DNA of 64,000 nt. It comes from an uncultured Gemmatimonadales bacterium. GTDB taxonomy: Bacteria; Gemmatimonadota; Gemmatimonadetes; Gemmatimonadales; GWC2-71-9. Each line of letters opens with the position of its first letter. The stretch's first letter is position 1. A program made the translations under genes and the position numbers. Location of the stretch: NCBI GenBank assembly GCA_963709905.1, contig CAVPYI010000018.1:223300-287299 (forward strand). Direction: 5' to 3'. A model generated the notes under the pieces. It was not told where the DNA came from, ran no database searches, and saw nothing but the letters and a program-made list of their open reading frames with translations. Below are positions 58,603-64,000 of the stretch, in pieces.

Positions 58603-59286
58603 ATGCCGAAGATCCGGGTGCTCCTCGCCGATGACCACGCCGTTCTCCGGGCCGGTCTCAAGCTGCTCATCAGCGGGCAGCCCGACATGGAAGTGGTGGG
58701 CGAGGCGGCGGATGGCCCCGAAGCGGTGCAGCGCGCCGAGGCGCTTGCCCCGCACATCGTGCTGCTCGACCTCGCGATGCCGGGAACCCACGGTATGCAG
58801 ACGATCGAGCACCTGGTCCGGGTCGCACCCAGGTCCCGCGTGCTCGTGCTCACGATGCACGACGATCCGGCCTATTCGCAGGCGGCGCTCCGCGCCGGCG
58901 CCTCGGGCTATATCGTCAAGAAGGCCGCCGACGTGGAACTGCTGGTCGGAATTCGCGCCGTCTGCAGTGGCCGCAGCATCGTGAATCTCACCCGCGCCCC
59001 CGACACCACGCGCAGCCACGACCAGCCACCCGGCGCCCGCGGCACGCCGCCGCGGGGGCACCCGCGGCCGCTGAGCCCCCGGGAGTCCGAAGTGCTCAGG
59101 CTGCTCGCCCAGGGGCACACCAATCAGGAAGTCGCCACGCTGCTCACGGTGAGCGTGAAGACCGTCGAGACCCACCGGAAGCGGCTAGGTGACAAGCTCG
59201 ACCTCCGGAGTCGCGCCGGGTTGTTCCGCTACGCCGTCGAGCGTGGACTGCTCGCGCCGGACGCTGCCGTACCGCTCGATAAATAG
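58603..59286 (+). CDS. NarL/FixJ-type response regulator (canonical receiver + LuxR HTH)
   Basis: Receiver residues LADDH, LLDLAMPG, VLVLT and YIVKK. HTH region LSPRESEVLRLLAQGHTNQEVA...VKTVETHR. Confidence 0.9.
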   Translation: MPKIRVLLADDHAVLRAGLKLLISGQPDMEVVGEAADGPEAVQRAEALAPHIVLLDLAMPGTHGMQTIEHLVRVAPRSRVLVLTMHDDPAYSQAALRAGASGYIVKKAADVELLVGIRAVCSGRSIVNLTRAPDTTRSHDQPPGARGTPPRGHPRPLSPRESEVLRLLAQGHTNQEVATLLTVSVKTVETHRKRLGDKLDLRSRAGLFRYAVERGLLAPDAAVPLDK

Positions 59287-59449
59287 CCCGCCCCGGGCGC
59301 GCGGAGGGTCAGGGATTGCCCGACACCCGAACCGCCTGTGAGGGTTCTACCGAATTCCCCATTGAAATACGCGCATTATCTTTTCACCCGGGCGTAAAGG
59401 CCCGCTTGCGAGTTCGAGTATAAAGAGGAGAAGGAAGGGCTGGGAGACA

Positions 59450-60133
59450 ATGTATACGGACGTGAAGCCAATTTCCCTGATTCTCATCGACGACAACCGG
59501 CTCCTCCGTGAGGGGCTCGCGGCGATGATCCACGATCAGCCAGGTTTCAAGGTGCTCGCGGCCAACGCGGACGTCGACGAGGCGCTCCAGCATGTGCGTG
59601 AGGCAAAGCCGGACATCGTCCTGGTCGACTTCGGGCTGGAAGATCACGACAGTCTGAGTCTCACCGCGACGGTCCACGCCGAGGTGCCCCAGGCCAGGAT
59701 CATCGTCATGGGGCTGCTGGCGACCCAAGAAGATGTCGCCAACTACGTCCGGGCCGGCGCCTCCGGCTTCGTCATGAAAGACGCCTCCTTCGAGGAGTTT
59801 TTCACCACCATTCGCGCGGTCGCCGACGGCGCCGAGGTCCTGCCCACCCAGCTGACCAACACCCTCTTCGCTCAGATTGCGCGGAACGCCGTCTCAGGAA
59901 GCAAGGCGAAGCTGCTCGATGCGGTGCGGCTCACCAACCGGGAGCGCCAGGTGATCGACCTCCTCGCGGAAGGCCTGAGTAACAAGGAGATCGCCACCCG
60001 GCTCGACATCGCAGTGCATACCGTCAAGAGTCATGTGCACAACGTGCTCGAAAAGCTTTCACTCAACAGCCGCCTCGAGGTGGCTGCCTTCACGCACACC
60101 GAGAGCAAAAAGTTGCTCGCCACCCACTCGTAG
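59450..60133 (+). CDS. LuxR-family response regulator (receiver retains Asp and Lys; Thr position altered)
   Basis: Receiver residues LIDDN, VLVDFGLED, IIVMG and GFVMKD. HTH region LTNRERQVIDLLAEGLSNKEIA...VHTVKSHV. Confidence 0.85.
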   Translation: MYTDVKPISLILIDDNRLLREGLAAMIHDQPGFKVLAANADVDEALQHVREAKPDIVLVDFGLEDHDSLSLTATVHAEVPQARIIVMGLLATQEDVANYVRAGASGFVMKDASFEEFFTTIRAVADGAEVLPTQLTNTLFAQIARNAVSGSKAKLLDAVRLTNRERQVIDLLAEGLSNKEIATRLDIAVHTVKSHVHNVLEKLSLNSRLEVAAFTHTESKKLLATHS

Positions 60134-60375
60134 GATCCAGCATCGTACGGATCCGCGAGGCCTTCCCGTGTGAACTCGCTCGCCCGATGGAGCGTGACTC
60201 ACTCGGATGAGCGATTGTCGTCCTTCCCGCACAGCCCCACATTCATGTCCGCTGGATTTCCGATGCCGCCTTGACGGGGCGCCGAAGGCAGTTCGCGCCC
60301 GGAGGTGCCGTGCCATTCTCCACCGTAGTTGCCCAGAATCACCGCGCCTGGAAGGCGTCGCTCCGTGCCAAGATC

Positions 60376-60768
60376 ATGCCGGTAGCCGTGCTCGTCTCGC
60401 TCGTGTCGTGCGAAGTCCTGGGCCCCTCGGCCCCGCTCCCGCACAACGCGGTCGCCCTCGTCGCCCCACCGGAGTATGAGGGGTGGTGGGCGCAGACGGA
60501 GGCCTGTTCCGGCCGTCGGGGAAATCTGAAGGACATCCGGTGGTTCGTCGTGCCCGGCGTGGCCACGTTCATGACCCGCGAGGGCCTGAAGGTGGGGCGC
60601 TGGTCCCGTGGCGGCGATGGCACCGAGATCGTCCTGGCCGGCGACTATGTCTCGGATGAACTGGTGGTGCGGCACGAGATGCTGCACGCCCTCCTCGATC
60701 GGGAAGACCATCCCCCCGAATACTTTACGGACCGGTGTCACCTGACTTGGCTGAGTTGGGGAGGGTGA
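60376..60768 (+). CDS. Small lipoprotein with an HExxH motif (possible minimal metallopeptidase-like protein)
   Basis: Lipobox VLVSLVSC from the internal Met. HEMLH near the C-terminus. No family recognised. Confidence 0.5.
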   Translation: MPVAVLVSLVSCEVLGPSAPLPHNAVALVAPPEYEGWWAQTEACSGRRGNLKDIRWFVVPGVATFMTREGLKVGRWSRGGDGTEIVLAGDYVSDELVVRHEMLHALLDREDHPPEYFTDRCHLTWLSWGG

Positions 60769-60823
60769 GCCCGATGCCGCCCCGAACCGTGACATATTTC
60801 CACACCCCACCTCCGTCGCAGAT

Positions 60824-61519
60824 GTGAAAAAGGATGTGACCGTTGTCCTCGTCGATGACGTCAGCCTGGCGCTAGACCGCGCGGTGGTTCGCCTCCGCAA
60901 GACGCCCGGCGTGCTGGTCCTCGCCGCCTCCGCCGCCATCGAGGTCGCCGTGCGGCAGGTGCGGGAAACCGCCCCGGATATCACCCTCCTGAATCTGGTG
61001 CAGCAGGGCGAGGACAACCTCACGCTGACCGGGGCGCTGCATGGCGAAGCACCAGATTCCCGGGTAATCGTCATGGGGATCCGGCCGCTCGAGAAGGACT
61101 TGGCTCGGCTGATCCGCGCTGGGGCCGCGGGCTTCGTCATGGCAGGGACCTCCTTCGAGAGGTGCCTGCAGACCATCACGACCGTCGCCGATGGCATCCA
61201 CGTGCTCCCGCTGGAGCTGACGCGCTCACTCTTCGCGCAGCTCAACACCCGCGGCCGCGTGCGCCAGAAGAAGACGGTGGATGTGCAGCAGCTCACGCCC
61301 CGGGAACGGGAAGTGGCCGACTTGGTTGTGGGGGGATTGAGCAACAAGGAGATCGCCCGGCGTCTGAAGATCGCCGTCCACACCGCGAAGAAGCATGTCC
61401 ACCAGGTGCTCTCGAAGCTGCATGTCAATGGCCGACTGGAAGTGGCGGGTTTCTCCCGGGAACGACCACCGCCCGTGCCCGCCGCGCAGGCGCCTCACGA
61501 GCGCTCCCCCGCGCTCTAG
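60824..61519 (+). CDS. LuxR-family regulator with a pseudo-receiver domain
   Basis: Paralogue of 59450..60133. The phospho-acceptor position reads LLNLVQQG (Asp->Asn). The Lys position reads GFVMAG (Lys->Ala). The LuxR HTH is intact (LTPREREVADLVVGGLSNKEIA...VHTAKKHV). GTG start. Confidence 0.8.
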   Translation: MKKDVTVVLVDDVSLALDRAVVRLRKTPGVLVLAASAAIEVAVRQVRETAPDITLLNLVQQGEDNLTLTGALHGEAPDSRVIVMGIRPLEKDLARLIRAGAAGFVMAGTSFERCLQTITTVADGIHVLPLELTRSLFAQLNTRGRVRQKKTVDVQQLTPREREVADLVVGGLSNKEIARRLKIAVHTAKKHVHQVLSKLHVNGRLEVAGFSRERPPPVPAAQAPHERSPAL

Positions 61520-61826
61520 TTCCCTCGATGTAGATCCTTCGGCGCAGATCACATTCCACCCGTTCGAGCGATTGTTCCCGCCGTTCATTCCTGGGATCTT
61601 GATCATCCACGTTGTACCAACGGGGGGCACGCCTGACGGTTTGCCCTCCTCCCACCTTGCGGTGAGGCGCAGAAGCGACTCTGTGGACGCGCGGAAACGA
61701 GCAGTCCGGTGGTGATGGTGCACGGCAGGACCAGCGAAGCGATAGCCCCCTAGGGAGCCGGCTGAGTGCACCTCCCTCGAGGCGCTTCGCCCTCTCCCTT
61801 GAATCCCCCGGGAGCGTGAGGGTCTG

Positions 61827-62570
61827 ATGACGACATCCTTGGCCTGTACCCCGGAGCGGGCGACGGGCTACCACCGCAAGCAACTCGTGGCGGCCTTCGC
61901 GCAGGTGCGCAATCCCGTCGACTGGAAGGGCCCGATCTCCGCCGTCATCGCGGTCGCCGAGCGGCCACTGGTGGAACAGGCCGTCATCTGGTTCACTGCT
62001 ACGGTACCCGCCTTCACCCCGGCCCGCGGGGCGGCGGACCGCCTCGTGGTTCGGGCGCCGGGGTACAGCGCGGGGCCCGCCGGCCCGGGCCATAGTGCTG
62101 GCCCAGCGGCGGGCAGGCCCTCGTGGCAGGATTGGCCATTGTCGTCGCCGGGATGCGGCAAACGGCCTGATCCGGCGACCGAACGAGGCCAGGCAACGAA
62201 CGCAGCAAGGGAGACCGGCATGGCCTGGTACCTCGTCGAGATCTGGGTGGTCGCGGGAGCGCGGTGCTGGAACACGCACTCCATGTCGGCGACGGCCGGA
62301 TCGGTGGACGAAGCGCGGGAATCCGTTGCCGCGTGCCTCGGTCTCGATCCCGAACACTGGCAGGGAGAGGACTCACTACTCGCTCTGGTCGTCCGTTCGG
62401 CTCGATTGGCGGCGGGAGCGCTGCACAAAGCCCCGTCTCGCCGACAGCGGGCGCCCTGGGCAGATGGCGGCACGATCGACCGCGCACCCGCGCCGGAAGA
62501 TGACCTCGACGCCTGGGTCAGGCACGTGGAGTGCCTCGCCCGCCCGGTGGAAGCACCGCCCTGCGGCTGA
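61827..62570 (+). CDS. Hypothetical ORF; only the first ~90 codons look like a conserved small protein, and the rest may be read-through
   Basis: YHRKQLVAAFAQVRNPVDWKGPISAVI...APGYSAGPAGPGH resembles, from memory, small accessory-element proteins that end about there. GC3 and composition deteriorate afterwards. Confidence 0.3.
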   Translation: MTTSLACTPERATGYHRKQLVAAFAQVRNPVDWKGPISAVIAVAERPLVEQAVIWFTATVPAFTPARGAADRLVVRAPGYSAGPAGPGHSAGPAAGRPSWQDWPLSSPGCGKRPDPATERGQATNAARETGMAWYLVEIWVVAGARCWNTHSMSATAGSVDEARESVAACLGLDPEHWQGEDSLLALVVRSARLAAGALHKAPSRRQRAPWADGGTIDRAPAPEDDLDAWVRHVECLARPVEAPPCG

Positions 62571-62597
62571 ACGCCGGGCTAACCATAGGAGCATTGC

Positions 62598-62855
62598 ATG
62601 GACATCGTTACATGGCTGGTGGTCGGACTGGTCGCGGGCCTGCTCGCGAGCGTCATGGTCGGCGGGAGCGGCTATGGCATTCTGGGGGACATCGTGGTGG
62701 GGATCGTCGGCGCCGTCCTGGGCGGCTGGCTCTTTGCCCAGCTCCACATCACCGCGCCCTTCTCGGGTATCGCCGGGGTTATCTTCGTGGCCTTCATCGG
62801 CGCGGTCGTGCTGCTGCTCGTCGCGCGGGCGGTCCGCCCGCGGCGCTTCACCTAG
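62598..62855 (+). CDS. GlsB/YeaQ/YmgE-family (transglycosylase-associated) small membrane stress protein
   Basis: MDIVTWLVVGLVAGLLAS...GILGDIVVGIVGAVLGGWLF is the family signature. Confidence 0.85.
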   Translation: MDIVTWLVVGLVAGLLASVMVGGSGYGILGDIVVGIVGAVLGGWLFAQLHITAPFSGIAGVIFVAFIGAVVLLLVARAVRPRRFT

Positions 62856-63342
62856 GTTACCCCTCCCCGAACGCCAGTCGCCCCCGCGGCGGGCCCTTCC
62901 CTGCAGCGCAGCAGCCGTGCGGGCTAACCCCGCAGCCCGCCACGGACTAGCCGCCGCAGGGAGGTGCCAAGGCGCGGCCCGGCTGGTAGCTTAGGGCGAG
63001 CATCACGAGCCGCGCTTTGCAGCTCATGGCGAGGACGTTAGGCGGCAGCACGTCCCACCGTGTATCTCGCGCATCACTTGGAAGGGATCCAAGCTTGTCT
63101 AGACCACTGCCAGCCCACAAAGCTTCCGCCGCTGCTCTGCTCCTGCTCTTTTTCAGTATTACCCTGCTGAGCTGCGCCTCTCCCTCACAGCTCAGGAGCC
63201 TCCCCGCACCTCGGCCGGCCGTTCTTCTGCCCCTTCAGCATATCACGGTACCTAGTGCAAGTATTGGCCTCGCCGGCAGGCACCGCGAGCCAATCAGGAC
63301 CACCGAGCGGTGGACTGCGAGATCAAATTTGAAGTGCAACGC

Positions 63343-64000
63343 TCACCCTTCATAGACTTCCTCCGGGGTGCGATAGGCTAGCCGTTTGCGCGGGCGCTGG
63401 TTGAGCTGCCGGGCTATGCGGTTGCCGTCGTGCTGGGTGAGCGGAAACATTGACTGGCGCTTGGGCCAGTACTGTCGGAGGAGGCCATTGGTATTCTCGT
63501 TGGTGCCCCGCTCCCAGGCATGGTACGGTGTCGCGAAGTAGAACCGCGCTCCCGTGCGCTCCTCGATCTGCGGATAGCCCGTCATCTCGCTGCCGTTGTC
63601 CGCGGTCACCGTGTGCACCGGTCGGGGCTGGCGCCGGAAGAGCCCGATGGCCCGGGCCGCAAAGGCGTCGCCGGTCGCGTGGGCCAGCTTGCCCAGCAGG
63701 ACATACCCCGTCCGCCGCTCGACCGCACTCAGGACACACGCCCGGCTGCCCCGACCCTGCAGCGTATCGATCTCCCAGTGGCCGATCTGCCGGCGCTGCT
63801 CCACCGCGCGTGGCCGAGCCCCGAGGGGGCCCCGGGGGTGGCAGCGTCGTCGGCGACTTCCGTACCGCGGCGCTCGGCGCAACCACTGATGGAGGGTGCC
63901 CCCCGCCAGCCGGTCCTGGTAGACATAGCGATAGATGGTCTCGTGGCTGATGCGGAGCTCGCCCGTGCGCCGGAACCGGCCGGCGATCTGCTCCGGGCTC
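63343..64000 (-). mobile_element. IS30-family transposase gene, 5' part beyond the window end
   Basis: The frame is open to the window edge. SPEQIAGRFRRTGELRISHETIYRYVYQD...GHWEIDT...VTADNGSEM...YHAWERGTNENTNGLLRQY gives the IS30 HTH region plus the DDE triad. The terminal inverted repeat was not identifiable without the other end. Confidence 0.85.

Noticed and set aside
55498-59286. kaiA, sasA, cikA or rpaA homologues near kaiBC.
   Set aside because: None of the surrounding ORFs shows the corresponding signatures. Absence from this window does not exclude presence elsewhere in the genome.
63085-63104. Adjacent BamHI (ggatcc), HindIII (aagctt) and XbaI (tctaga) sites resembling a polylinker or vector remnant.
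   Set aside because: The cluster lies in a locally AT-richer non-coding tract where such hexamers are expected by chance. No flanking vector-like sequence was recognised. A vector screen (e.g. a UniVec-type search) would be needed to exclude contamination.
63883-63910. Suspected frameshift in the IS30 transposase at a C/G homopolymer, because the ORF track starts at 63882.
   Set aside because: Re-reading shows a run of six C. The frame is continuous to the window edge. The track simply begins at the first in-frame TTG.

Overview
High-GC (~68-70% by eye) bacterial chromosomal segment. No rRNA, tRNA or CRISPR array was recognised. The taxon is a guess: the gene content resembles Gemmatimonadota- or Acidobacteriota-like soil bacteria. 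Product names come from motifs read in the supplied translations and recalled family signatures; no database search was possible.

Layout:
- 1-14.2 kb: housekeeping and accessory genes. These include three alpha/beta hydrolases, a membrane protein, an IPT/TIG lipoprotein, a metallophosphoesterase, an SDR, a Ser/Thr kinase fused to BRCT, DinB and two DUF2071 paralogues.
- 14.1-24.1 kb, minus strand: a tightly coupled four-gene unit. Order is TonB-dependent receptor, 300-aa unknown, 1379-aa tandem-cyclase/STAND-ATPase/TPR protein, 737-aa flavoprotein.
- 24.1-32 kb: a di-CxxCH protein, an alpha/beta hydrolase and a frameshift-riddled TRAP transporter operon (dctPQM). These sit among intergenic gaps made almost entirely of heptamer and nonamer tandem repeats.
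- 32.6-46.4 kb: an 11-gene translationally coupled exopolysaccharide operon of the Wza/Wzc/Wzx/Wzy type.
- 46.3-54.6 kb: a beta-helix lipoprotein plus an Arn/Flm-like lipid-carrier aminosugar modification set (ArnT-like GT, epimerase, two deacetylases, flavoprotein, CE4-GT2 fusion).
- 54.9-61.5 kb: an XRE regulator, then kaiC-kaiB-PAS/HisKA_3 kinase-LuxR response regulator, then two further LuxR paralogues, one with a pseudo-receiver.
- 61.5-64 kb: a lower-GC accessory tail ending in a partial IS30-family transposase.

Most unusual signals:
- A family of STRR-like short tandem repeat arrays that abut gene boundaries. Units are GGCGGACAG, GGCTRAC, GCCTGAC, GTGAGAA, GGGCCCA and GGTGAGC.
- Strongly localised frameshift hot-spots: at least 10 in one 1.1-kb epimerase gene and 5 in the TRAP operon.
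- The uncharacterised receptor/cyclase-STAND/flavoprotein operon.
- The KaiA-less KaiBC module wired to a NarL-type two-component system.
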